Positions 11,838-23,635 of a stretch of 59,602 nt of DNA are shown here, piece by piece. Origin of the DNA: Neovahlkampfia damariscottae (taxonomy: Eukaryota); NCBI GenBank assembly GCA_016618085.1, contig JABLTG010000131.1, positions 1-59,602 of the forward strand. The letters run 5' to 3'. Positions within the stretch are counted from its first letter, which is position 1; each line of letters opens with the position of its first letter. A program made the position numbers and the translations under genes. The notes below the pieces were generated by a model, which saw only the letters and a program-made list of their open reading frames with translations, was not told where the DNA came from and made no database searches.

Positions 11838-13845
11838 AATTTATTTTCATTCAAATCATCTATTTCATCTGTAATATCTTGTTTTAAAAGTTCTTCCAAA
11901 ATATCTTCAATTGTGATAATACCAACAACATCATTTGAGTCATCCATTTTAACGAATCCCAAATGTTTTTTTTCTTTAATTAATTCATGAAAAACAGTCC
12001 ATAAATCATCATAGATTTCAACATAATAAGCATCAAATATCCTTATATCTGATATTAAAAGATTATCTTCACTTGAAATTCCAATTAATAATTTGGTTAC
12101 CAAGTATCCAATGATATTCTTTTTATGTTTTTGGTAAACTGGAATTCTTGTATATCCAACTATTCAAGTTAAAAAAAAGATGAAAATTACTTCTATTAAC
12201 CTTTTCAAACAGTTCATCATCGATTTTTGAATCAATTTCAATCATTTCAACATCTTCTAATTTTTTCATTCTTTTCTCAACTACTAATTCATGAAGTTCC
12301 AAAGCACCTCTCATAAGTTGAATTTCATTTTTAGAAAGTGGTCCTGATTCTGGTTCCATTGAGTTTTCTTCATCTCCATGAATATCAATGATTTCTTTCA
12401 GTTGTGATCTTCGATAAAATGTTAAATGATCTTTCCCAAGTAATTTATCCAATAACAATGAAATTGGAAAAGCTATAGGAAATGAAATTGCCATTAAAAA
12501 CAACACAAAATAATTTAAATAAGCTCCAATTTCAAGTCCATATCTAGCACAAACTGCTTGTGGAATAACTTCTCCAAACAGTAATACCATAGAAACTGAA
12601 ATTGCAATGGCCAACCAACCTGGCACAATTTTATCAAGAAACAAAGGTAAACTTTCCATCGCCAATGCATTCATTAATAATAGAGTAACAAGCAAGTAAT
12701 GATGACTTGAAAAATGTCAAAAAAAAATTTTGTGATTTACTTTGAAATTACAGGTTCAATTCTTGCTGCTAATCTTTTTTCTCTTGGTGATCCAGCACTT
12801 TTTAAAACTGAAAGTTGCATTGGATCAATTGAAAGAAGTCCTAAAGTCAAACCTGACATTAAACCAGCAAAACAAATTAAAAAGAGAGAAATAGTTCCAT
12901 ACAAGATATATTCCCACCATTGAACAACTTCTGAATTTTCACATTCACCTCCTTCAATCATAGGTAGGAGTAAATTTAAAATATAAGCCAATCGTATTCC
13001 TCCTTTCATAAGTTGTTGTTCAATGATTGGAAATCCTTGTTCATAATAAGTTTCATTTAAAAAAGATCCTTCTGTAGCATTTTGATAAACATTTTTACAA
13101 GCAATTCCGGCCGATTCATTGGCCCATTCTTCAGGACAAATTTTTTTTTTTTCATCAGAACATTTTAACCAAGAATGAGTTTGATTTAAAAATTCAGTTG
13201 ATGTATATTTTTCAACAACATATTTTATAAATAAATCTTGGTTTGAATTAAAATTTTTGTCAACTCTGTGTTTTAAAATCTCACCATCCCAAACTTGATG
13301 TAAATCTAAAAAATGTTAAATAAAAAAAGAAAACTTTTTCGATGTCCAAAGAAGTAAACATGTATCAAGTTTCCACCTAAATCTTCTGCTCTTCCTATAT
13401 GTAATGGTTGATGTATATCTCCGAGAAAATGGATGATGAATCTTAAAGCTGTTTTTAACTCTTCTTTTGTCTGATTTGATTCTGGTGAAACACGTGAATA
13501 TTTTTCATATCTTTGTGTGTAATTATAAATTCCTGCAACAACACAACTTTCTGGTAATTTACAATCTGTTCTAGGAACAAATGCACAAGAGTTGTTATGG
13601 AAGTCAGCATAATGTAAAGAACTTGAAAATTTCCATTGTGGTTCTCTTTTTATTTCATCTGCCCAAGTTGCTTGAGCTCCAAGTCTTTCATCATTAAATA
13701 ATTTTTTCATTTTTTCCTTAACGTTTGAATTGATAAAATATTGAGCTATTTTTCCTGTTGTCCAGTGTCCTGTGTCATACCATTTTGAATTTGAAGAGAC
13801 AAAAAATAAAACACAAAACAACACCAACAAAAGCAGTTTGTTCAT
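11834..13845 (-). CDS. S1/P1 nuclease-CNNM (DUF21 + CBS pair) fusion, ~638 aa
   Basis: Signal peptide, then WYDTGH, TWAD, LHYAD, HFLGDIHQPLH, DLGGN, NLHQVWD, QLMKGGIRLA. Without a stop this continues into FAGLMSGLTLGLLS, LLVTLLLMNALAMESLP, FGEVIPQ, GYTRIPVY, VGIITIEDILEELL. Introns 13334-13306, 12740-12706, 12190-12160. Confidence 0.8.
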
Positions 13846-13914
13846 GTTAACAGAAAGTAGTTTTTTTGACCAATGAATTTTTATTATATTTTTCAAATTT
13901 TTATTGTCTTGTTT

Positions 13915-15799
13915 TTATTTTTCAAAATTCAAAAAATTAAAATTTAAATTATGTAACCTTTTAATTTTTTCATCAAAAACTAACTTCAAATAAATTCTTC
14001 TCAATTTCATTGCATATTTCATCAAAGGCTTTTTCTCTGTATGTTCTACTTCAATAGAATTCAAATCAATTCGTTCAGTGATTTTTGTCTTGTTTAAATG
14101 ATTAAATAATTCCTCAAATAAGAAAATTTTTCTTTTGAAAAATTGAACAAACTTCAAATCGATTCGTCGATTGAAATATTCCTTTAATAACTTATTAGGA
14201 AATTTGAATAAAATATCAAGAAAAATATGATCTAAATGAATCAAAATACCTTTTAAAAATAATTTGTTAAATGGAGAAAAATAATTAATATTTTCTTTTC
14301 GATAACTCATTCCAAATTTCAATAATTCTTCATCCATTTGTAATTTCAAAGGAATTTCAAATGAAACACCAAACAACACATTTTCATTTTTCTTTAAAAA
14401 TATTTTGAACGCTTTTTTTGTTTTGAATCCATTATATATCTGTCGAAAAACATCCGGAGATATTTCTATAAACTGCAAAATGAGTTGATAATTCTTTTTT
14501 ATTGTTGAATCAAAGTAGGTAAATGAATAACCTGAACTACTGACCAATGAAGCTTTGAGAAATTCAATATCAGATTTGAAGTCAACATAAAGATAAGTGA
14601 ATCGAAATCCATTTGCTACTATCGCAGCCATTGCAAAATCTCGAGATAATCTTTGAACATAACCAAGTAAAAAATAATCGAAAGAAGGATAACTGACCAA
14701 TCTAAGAACGTCTTCACGCTTTGTCAATAATTTCAAATCTAAAGCTAAATTTGTTTTCCTAGAAACTGTAGATTGGTTTTTATCAAACATTCCAAAAATT
14801 AATTCGAAATCAGATCTCAATTGAACTGGTAATTTTGGAAAAATGTTTGGATCAATTTCTACAACTTTTGCATATTTTTTAAAACTTTTCAAGCGATCAG
14901 AAAGATGGATATAAACTTTAGCTGGATTAAAATTTGCATAAACCCAGTCAATAAATTCTTCATCATCCTTAAATGATTGATCAATAAATTTGAAATTTTT
15001 GACAGTTATTGCTAATGACATTTTCACGATTCTTGGATTCTTTTTTATGTGTCCAGGAGAAAATTTTAGTGAACCATTGTATTTCCTTCTTTTCATATTT
15101 TCTACCCATATGGTTGTTTCATACTTTTGTGTTTTATGTGAAATCATTTGAAGTTGTTTTTTAACGTCTGACATGAACTCATTTTTGGATTCAATTTCAT
15201 TTTTTTGTAATAAATATAAAAGAGTCTTTGAGGTATATAATTCTGATTCTAATTTTTCAAATTGTTTCATTAATTGAGTCATGAATTCTGTATTAGGTTT
15301 AATTCTCATATAGTCATGCAATAATGAAATTCTATCTAAAAAATAATCTAAAGCCACCTTAATATTAATATCATCAAAATTCTCCCTAAGTATTCTTGGT
15401 AAAATCTTAAACTCTGAAAAATAATCCAATAATATTGGGTTATTACAAATGTGAAGCGCCATTGAAAAATAATGAAAAGAAAAATGTTTTCTCCTTTTAA
15501 ATAAATCACTAAAAAAGTCAATACATACCTCAGTCTTACTATATCTTTGAGTATTGACTCAATTTTTCTTTGTCAATTTTTGATATTGCAGGTAAGAAGT
15601 ATTTGAACGAATGAGTTTTTTTGTTATGAAATTGTTTGAATTTTCTTTTGTACTTTTGTAAAAGCAGTTTCTGTTCAAACAACTCTGAAAACATTTTTTT
15701 GTTTAATTCTATCTTTTCCTCTTCTACTAGTTCTTCTTCTTCAGTTTGTTGATATAAGTATTGAGTGATAATACTGCTGAAGATCCATGAAAAGTACAT
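13915..15799 (-). CDS. DUF4116-like repeat protein
   Basis: 515-aa ORF with DUF4116-like units (DQSFKDDEEF, VDFKSDIEF, LKLQMDEEL). The upstream exon joins via an intron at ~15494-15528, needing one A-run indel near 15565. Confidence 0.5.
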
Positions 15800-15899
15800 T
15801 CAGGTATTTTGATTGGTCAAAGCGTTCACTCAACTACTTTGTGTCAACAGAAAAAAAAGAAAGGTTTTATTGGGATAGAATTCCACCAGAAGTAGATTT

Positions 15900-17100
15900 C
15901 TTGTTGAAAATTTGACAAAAAAGCCCAACAGTTAGAATTTTCAAAAAATTATTGGTTTCTATTTGGAAAGAAAATAAAGAGCTTAACAGCCAATTGGAAA
16001 TTCAAAATCAAACAATTATAAATTTAAAAACTCAAATTCAAACTCTTGAACAAACTATTCAGAATTAAACTTTATTTTTTCAAATTGAAAGAAAAAAATA
16101 TTTTAAAATTATTGAAAATTAGAAAAAATCTATTTCTAAATTAAAAAACACATTAAAAGAAATTGAAAATGATAAAAAAACACTAGCTGGAAGATCAGTG
16201 AGATTTTGTATTTAACGTTTATGGAGAAAATACAAAAATTAATTATTCAAAATTTGTTTCAAAAAAAAGATATTAATATCATTGGTGTAAATGAAATATT
16301 TTGGTCAAATATGTTTAAACAAATTGCTGAATTATGTCCAATGTTTTTTAAAGTTATTCATTGGTTTATTCATACATCATCAAAGCAAAAACCCTTGAAT
16401 CAAAAAGCTTTCATTTCAACATGGTTGTGTCTTTAATAATTGTTGGCCGAAACCCAACTAAAAATGTTCCCCAAAAGATGATGGGTATTGTGATAAAAAG
16501 TGCTGGTGTTGGTGTTTCTTTATTACCAATTTTAAAGTATTTTCAAATTATTCCTTGTAATCACACTATTCATGGAGCAATCTGGGGGTTTGTATGATAA
16601 ATTTTTATAAAAAATAAATGCTTAATTTGCAAAAAATTCAAATAATGTTATTGTAAAAACTCTTGATAATATTGACATTTATGATATCTCAATCAATCAG
16701 CAATGTAGCATGGAATGCAAATGATTTTCAAACCAATTGTAAATGAGATAAAAATAAATGTTTTTTTTCATTGTGGTGCCTAGAATATTTGAATCATTTG
16801 AAATTTCAAGTGTTGTTCAAATGAGAACACAAATTTCTAACAAAATTCAAACTTTAATTCTTCACCAAAATTCAATTTATAAAAATTCACTTCCAGAAGA
16901 CATATTTTTTCTTTCAATTGCTATTGATAATATTACTTTAAAGAAAGTGTTAAAATCAACTTTTATTGAATCACAAAAACATTATCCATCAAAGTTGATA
17001 TTGTTGGTTAACTGGAATTGTGTGTTGGCCTGTTTGTTAAAGTGAGACAAAAAAAACTTTCTAAAGCAACGTGATTGGACAATTTTTCTCAATCAATTTA
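15900..17100 (+). pseudogene. decayed DUF6589-like (putative transposase-related) gene
   Basis: Fragments broken by stops and frameshifts: coiled coil; FWSNMFKQIAELCPMFFKVI; CLIIVGRNPTKNVPQKMMGIVIKSAG...IIPCNHTI; VKTLDNIDIY. Confidence 0.4.
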
Positions 17101-17196
17101 AACTTCATCAAACCACTTTTGAAAGTAAAATAAACACGTCAGATTATATTTAGAAAAAAACACAAAAATAGAATTTATTGACCAATCAAAATCCTT

Positions 17197-17935
17197 TCAT
17201 AAGGGTGGTAATATGAGAGAATACAGGCCACTTTCATTGATAAAAATCGTTTTTTGATCGAGATTAGGGTAGTCGTGATTTGGAACCACTAAATTTTTCA
17301 AATATTTTTTATCTTCTTCATCAACATAAAAAGCATCCATTAATTTCTTGTTTTTGCCTTGTATTCTGGATAACATGTACGTTGTGACAAATAAAACTTT
17401 CATGTGGCTTTGACTTAAATGATGCTCTTTTGCATACCAGAAGTCTTGAAAATATTCATCACAGACAATACATTTAAATTATATTTTTTTTCATCTTCAT
17501 GAATATTCTTTTTGCATTTACTGAGATTGGAAGCAGTAGTGAAAGTTTTTAAACAATCTTCGTGTTCACAAATGTATTCCTTCTTGACTTTTTCTTTTTT
17601 TCCTGAGTTGATTAAATGTTTTTCACTCTTTTTATGTTTTGACCAGTTTGATTTTGATATTTCTTTATACAATCTTCACAAAAAAGAACGAGATCATTAT
17701 TTTGATTGTAATGCTTTAATATGCATTCTATAACCATCTGCTAATCCTTTGTATCCTTTATGGTCATTGTGATTTTCTACGTTCTTCTTTATTCTTTTAT
17801 CAGCTGTTAAATCACGATCCATATGTTCTTGTTCAAATCCACGAGAAATATCAGATGCAACATTGTAAATCCCTTCATCATAGTCGGGTTGGTTGTTTTC
17901 TAATTTGATTCTCATATTGTCATGCAACAATGATT
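17197..17935 (-). mobile_element. remnant of virus/Polinton-like genes: three C2H2-type fingers plus an internal Bro-N fragment
   Basis: Across frameshifts: FCEDC-KEISKSNWSKHKKSEKH, YICEHEDCLKTF...IH, FKCIVCDEYFQDFWYAKEHHLSQSH, then VDEEDKKYL...KTIFINESGLYSLIL (Bro-N signature). Confidence 0.6.
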
Positions 17936-17968
17936 CTGGATCACTTTGTGTTTTTAATTTTTACCATC

Positions 17969-18087
17969 GCTTACGGCCATACTTAGGAGAATACACCGCA
18001 TCCCGTCCGATTTGCGAAGTTAAGCTCCTACAGGCTCTCCTAGTACTAGGGTGGGAGACCACCTGGGAACCGGGAGTGTTGTAAGCT
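17969..18087 (+). rRNA. 5S rRNA
   Basis: GCTTACGGCCATAC...CATCCCGTCCGATTTGCGAAGTTAAGC...TAGTACTAGGGTGGGAGACCACCTGGGAA...GTTGTAAGC; terminal helix GCTTACGGC/GTTGTAAGC; about 119 nt. Confidence 0.97.
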
Positions 18088-18092
18088 TTTTT
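18087..18092 (+). terminator. RNA Pol III oligo-T terminator of the 5S gene
   Basis: T6 immediately after the 5S 3' end. Confidence 0.85.
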
Positions 18093-18225
18093 CATCTTTG
18101 CAAATAATATAAACTTGTAAGTCATTCTTTGAACAAACAAATTTTTTTCTTACAAAAATTTGAAAATTTTTTTCCAATTCCACCAATCACAAGATCAAAA
18201 TACTTTGTTGTATCAAACAAACAAG

Positions 18226-21200
18226 ATGTCTGTTTACACAATTTTCAACAAAGAAACAATATCATCGGAAGAATATATTGATGCTTTCATGAATTATGTT
18301 GAAAGAGCTCATAAAGAAGAGCTTGAAGATATACTTTCTGATGAAGACACCTCTCTTCATTTTACCATTACCGCAAATGGCCTTGATTTAATGAATACAA
18401 GTGTTAGACTTGGTACACTATTATTTGCATATCCTATAGAAATATTTGAATATTTTAATGAAGGTAAAAAACGACGAACAAAAATTTATAAAAAAAAAGG
18501 TATAAAAAAAGTACAAAGGAAAATGATCAAAGAATCGGATGGAACAGAAGGTTATCTTTATAAACCTTTTGTTCATGGAAGGTAGAAAAAAAAAATTTAA
18601 AAATTTTTTCAAGAATTTCTTCTTTGCCGATGACTTCCGAAAATTGTAAATCAACAGTGAGTAATATTAGATCAAGTGACACAAATCACTTTATAAGTGT
18701 ATCTGGAACTGTAATTCGAACAGGTTCAGTAAAAATGCTTCAAGCAGAAAGAACTTATATTTGTCAAACTTGTAAAGAAGAAATTATTGTAAAAGCTGAT
18801 ATTGAAAGAGGAAATACAATAAATAAACCAACTCAATGCATAAAACTTGGTTGTAGTGGAGATAATTTCAAACCAATTCAAGAATCTGAACTTTGTAGAG
18901 ACTATCAAGAAATAAGAATTCAAGATAAAGTTTCAATGCTTCAAGTTGGTTCAATTCCTAGATCTATTAATATTGTACTTGAAGATGACTTAGTTGATGT
19001 TTGTAAAGCAGGTGATGACGTAACAATCATTGGAGTCGTTTTGAGAAGATGGAAATCAATGAAAGTTGATTCAAGATGTGATATTGAATTGATACTTTTG
19101 GCAAATAACGTAATTGTAAATAATGCTTCAAAGGGAACATTGAATGTAACAGAAGAACAAAAAAGAGAATTTCAACAATTCTGGGAACATTACAAGAAAT
19201 ATCCATTGACTGGAAGGAATTTAATTTTAAAGAGCATGTGTCCTCAAATATATGGATTATACTTGGTTAAATTATCAGTTGCTTTAACATTAATTGGAGG
19301 AGTTCAAATGATGAAAGATTCAACTAAAATACGTGGTGAATCACATCTTTTACTTATTGGTGATCCAGGAACAGGGAAAAGTCAGTTTCTGAAATATGCT
19401 TCAAAACTGTCTCCAAGAAATGTTTTAACAAATGGAATTGGAACTACATCTGCTGGATTAACTGTAATGGCAACAAAAGATGTTGGTGGTGATTGGACTT
19501 TAGAAGCAGGTGCATTGGTACTCGCTGACGGAGGAGTTTGTTGTATTGATGAATTTGATTCAATTAGAGAACATGATAGAGCTACAATACATGAAGCAAT
19601 GGAACAACAAACATTAAGTATTGCAAAAGCAGGTTTGGTTTGTAAATTGAACACAAGAACCACAGTAATTGCCGCTACAAATCCAAAGGGAAAATATGAT
19701 TTATCATCATCTCTTTCTGTAAATTGTAATATTGCCAGTCCTTTATTATCAAGATTTGACTTAGTTTTAATTTTATTGGATACACAAGATGAAGAATGGG
19801 ACACAAAAGTATCAAATTTCATTTTAAAAGAAGAACAACAATTTGATGATTTGGACACAAAAAATATCTGGTCATTTGAAAAGTTACAAGCATATTTTGG
19901 TTATGTTAAAAATAATATCAAACCAAAAATCACAAGAGAAAGTGGTGAGATTCTAACGAAATATTATCAATTACAAAGAAAAATGTCAGATAGAATTGCT
20001 GCTAGAACTACTATTAGATTGTTAGAATCTCTTGTGAGATTAGCTCAAGCACATGCAAGATTGATGTTTCGTGAAGAAGTGACAATTCAAGATGCCATAT
20101 TTTCTGTTTTAATTATTGATTCATCATTACATATGTCAAATCTTTTGGGTATTTATTCAGTATTGCATTCTTCATTTCCAGATACACCAGATTCAGAATA
20201 CAGAAACCATGAAGCTGTCGTTTTGGAAAAACTAGGATTATCTGAAGAAGAATTCGAAGAAAGTCAAGAAAGTATCACAGAAGACTTTGATTTTTCACAT
20301 TTAATTGAAGAAGAAAAAAGAAAAGATAGAGAACAAGGAACTCAATACGAAGAAGATGCATTCGGTTTAAATGAAATTGATATGGATAGTGAAGATGAAA
20401 TTATTGCAACAAATTCAAAATTTGATCGTCATTTAGAACAAAGAAAAGAACAAAAACAGATGAAAAATTTCTTAAATCAAAGATCAAAAAAACCATCCAC
20501 TCAAAGTTCAATTTATGCTCATACAGAACCAACATTTCAAAATCCAATTGCAAAAAAAAATTCAACTCAAAAATCATCAATTTCTGTTGTCTCTGGAACT
20601 CAATCACAAAAATTGTCAGTTCCAAAACCAGATTCAAAACAATCAACTCAAAAATCTGCTAGTTCAATTCCTCAAACAAATTTAACTTCTTTAAACGGTT
20701 CAAATTCTCAACAAAGTGCTTATTCACTGAACAAAAGAAATTTAGCATCACACAGTTCATCAATTAATACAGGATCATCATCTCATAAAATATCTCCTGA
20801 AAAATCACAAAGTCAAGATTTCGCTGCTTCTCAAACATCAGAAGCAAGTTCAAATTTATTAGAAGAAGAAGAAATTCCAACTGGAAATACAGATGATAAT
20901 TCATTTAATGCAAACAGATTCATTGTGAATAATGATTATGATTCATTAGGTATTTCTGATATCTCAGTAGGAAGTCCTATTTTATTTGATGACGATATTT
21001 CAATTGATCCAGTTTCAAACAAATCAACTCAAAAAGAAACTAAAATAGTTCATAGTCAAATTTTAGATGACGATTTTGAAGAAGTAAAAAATCCAATAAA
21101 AAGTCAGATATTAGATGATGATGATGATGAACTACCATCAAAAATTGAAAAACAAAGTCAAATTTTAGATGATGATGAAGATGAGATTTCAATATTCAAA

Positions 21201-21551
21201 AGTCAAATTCTAGATGATGATAATGATGAAAAAGAAGAATCAAAAAATTTAATTGAAGATGATGATTCTATTTCAGGTTCTACAACTCCAACTCCAACTC
21301 CAAAAAAATTGAAAAGAAAAATTGATTTAGATGATGATGATGATGAATCAGCACCAGAAAATCATGTAAATAAAAAACAAAAAGTAATTCAAAATGAAAC
21401 TTCAAATGATGAAAATTCTCATGATGTAACTTTCTCACCAACATTTGCTTCATTGGATGAAAATCAACCATCAGAAAAAAAGAAGGAAAAAAAGAAAGGT
21501 GGATTTTTGAAAAAATTGAGAAAAAACAACAAAAAATTTTATGATGATTAA
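18226..21551 (+). CDS. MCM9: DNA helicase MCM9
   Basis: RGESHLLLIGDPGTGKSQFL, TNGIGTTSAGLT, ALVLADGGVCCIDEF, LSRFD, RTTIRLLESLVRLAQAHARL; long disordered C-terminus; two short introns near 18463-18499 and 18582-18613. Confidence 0.9.
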
Positions 21552-21661
21552 AAATTTAAAAATTTTATTCAAAAAAAAATCTGGAAAGTTTATTTGATTG
21601 GTCCATTTTTACAGAAGTAATTTGATTGGTCCTTTAGTCAAAAACAAGCAGAGTAGAAGAG

Positions 21662-21999
21662 ATGGTGAGAAAAAAAAAATTTTGAAACTAATAATTGTTT
21701 AGGTCAGTTTTCCAAAAGAAATGAAAACCTATTGTTCAGGTAGAAATTGTAAGAGTCATAAAAAACACAAAGTTCAACAATATAAAGCTGGAAAAGCTTC
21801 AGTATTTGCTCAAGGTAAAAGACGTTACGACAGAAAACAAGCTGGATTTGGTGGTCAAACAAAACCAATCTTCAAAAAAAAAGCTAAAACAACAAAAAAG
21901 ATTTTATTGAAACTCACTTGTCAATCCTGCAAACAAACTCATCAAGTCCAAATCAAAAGATGTAAACATTTTGATATCGGAATGAACAAAAAAAAATAA
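21662..21999 (+). CDS. RPL36A: 60S ribosomal protein eL42 (L36a/L44)
   Basis: ATG, intron 21665-21702, then [11 protein letters not shown]...[31 protein letters not shown]. Confidence 0.97.
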
Positions 22000-22106
22000 A
22001 CAATTTTTGAAATTAAGCTTAAAAAACAAAAAACAAACTTTATTCATTTTTCGTCAAACAACATTTCACATTTCAAAATTTAGTTTCTCACAAAAAGTAA
22101 TTTCTG

Positions 22107-22152
22107 GTTAAAGATACTTTTTGGTTTTGTTAAAGACACTTTTTGGTTTTGT
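22107..22152. repeat. 22-bp tandem duplication upstream of LRR gene
   Basis: GTTAAAGA(T/C)ACTTTTTGGTTTT x2. Confidence 0.7.
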
Positions 22153-22176
22153 TTTTCATCCAATCCTGTTGTTCTT

Positions 22177-23452
22177 ATGGGTTCAACACACTCATCAGAG
22201 AATTTTGATAACTTTGAAGAAGTTGAAAATTTTTGGCGTAGTAAAGAAACTTTAGATCATGCAATGGTTAGTTATGAATTCACTGCATTCTTCAAAGATG
22301 AAAAAAATCAATTTTTGAAGAAATTTTTCTTTGAAATTCATCGAAATACGATCACCATGATTTTACTCTACAGTTCTCAACAAAAAATTATATTTAACTT
22401 TTTTATAGATAAACGTGTGAATGATATACAATTGGAAGCTCTGACTAATGTTCTTCAAGGAAACTCTTCTGTAAAAATTATCAACTTGGCTTGTAAAAAA
22501 AAATAATTTTTATAATATACTTTCTTCAGGCAATCTTTTATCAGACGAAAGTCTTTTTCATTTAAGCAAAGTTTTTGAATATGGGACACCTGTTGCTCAG
22601 TTGAATCTTTCTGAAAATAAAATCGAACAAGTGAGCATTTTGACAGATGCTTTATTTGAAAATTATGAATTAAAAGAGTTGTATTTGAACTGTAATACCA
22701 CATTTAGTTTTTATTTAATATTGGTTTTAGATAATTTTATTGATAATAAAGGTGCTGATGCTGTGTCAAATATGCTGAAAAAAAATCAGTCTTTGGAGAT
22801 CTTATCATTAAACTGTAAGAAAAAAAATTATTGAAAATTAAAAAGTTAATCCAATAACAATAAATGGTATACAGAAAATTGTAAGTGGGCTGTATGAAAA
22901 TTCAACTCTGAAGACTGTTAATCTTGAAGGTTAAAATTTTTTCCACTTAAAAATTTCAGGAATGAAAGAATTTGGTGACACTGGTGCCATAGCATTTTCA
23001 ACTTTAATATTAATGAATACACCATTGATAAGTATTAATTTGAATAGTAAACAACTTTTTTTTTTTTGATTTTTTAAAAACAAAAGAAAATGAAATTGGA
23101 GACAAAGGAATAAGAGCTATTTCCATCTCTCTGAAAAAAAACAATCATCTTAAAGAACTTTATTTAGAAGGTAAACCAAAAATAAAAAATTGATTCTAAA
23201 TAAACAGAAAATCGCATTACAAATTTAGGTGCAAATTTCTTAATTGATTTGATGAATGAACATGTGAAATTAGAAAAACTATCACTTGAAAGTAACCTTC
23301 TTTTTTTATTTTTTTAACATTTAATCAAAGATAATGATATCTTTGATTTCTATTTGTATGAAATCAAATCAATATTTTTTGGAGTTGAATTGAAGAAGTC
23401 ATTTCCTTATCATTTCGAACTGAAAAAAGATTTGAGTTTCTCATTTACATAA
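22177..23452 (+). CDS. RNI/NLRC3-like leucine-rich repeat protein (copy 1), MG start
   Basis: LKELYLN/LEILSLN/LKTVNLE repeats; 8 short introns; exons mostly 84 nt. Confidence 0.85.
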
Positions 23453-23635
23453 AAATGAAGAATCTGTAAACAGCAACAAGTTAGTTTGTCCAGTTTTGGA
23501 CTGTGAATATTTCTCTTGTCCAATCATATGAAGAATAAAGAATTTTTAGTTTTTGAGAAATTCTTTATTCTAAAAATTGACGATATTATATTTAAATATT
23601 TGCACCAATGAAATTCATTTTTCTGTTATGCACAA

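Noticed and set aside
16367..16592. - strand frame with four TGA codons that reads well as Trp (alternative genetic code)
   Set aside because: It is the antisense shadow of the Tyr-poor + strand remnant; all intact genes use TGG for Trp and TGA as stop.
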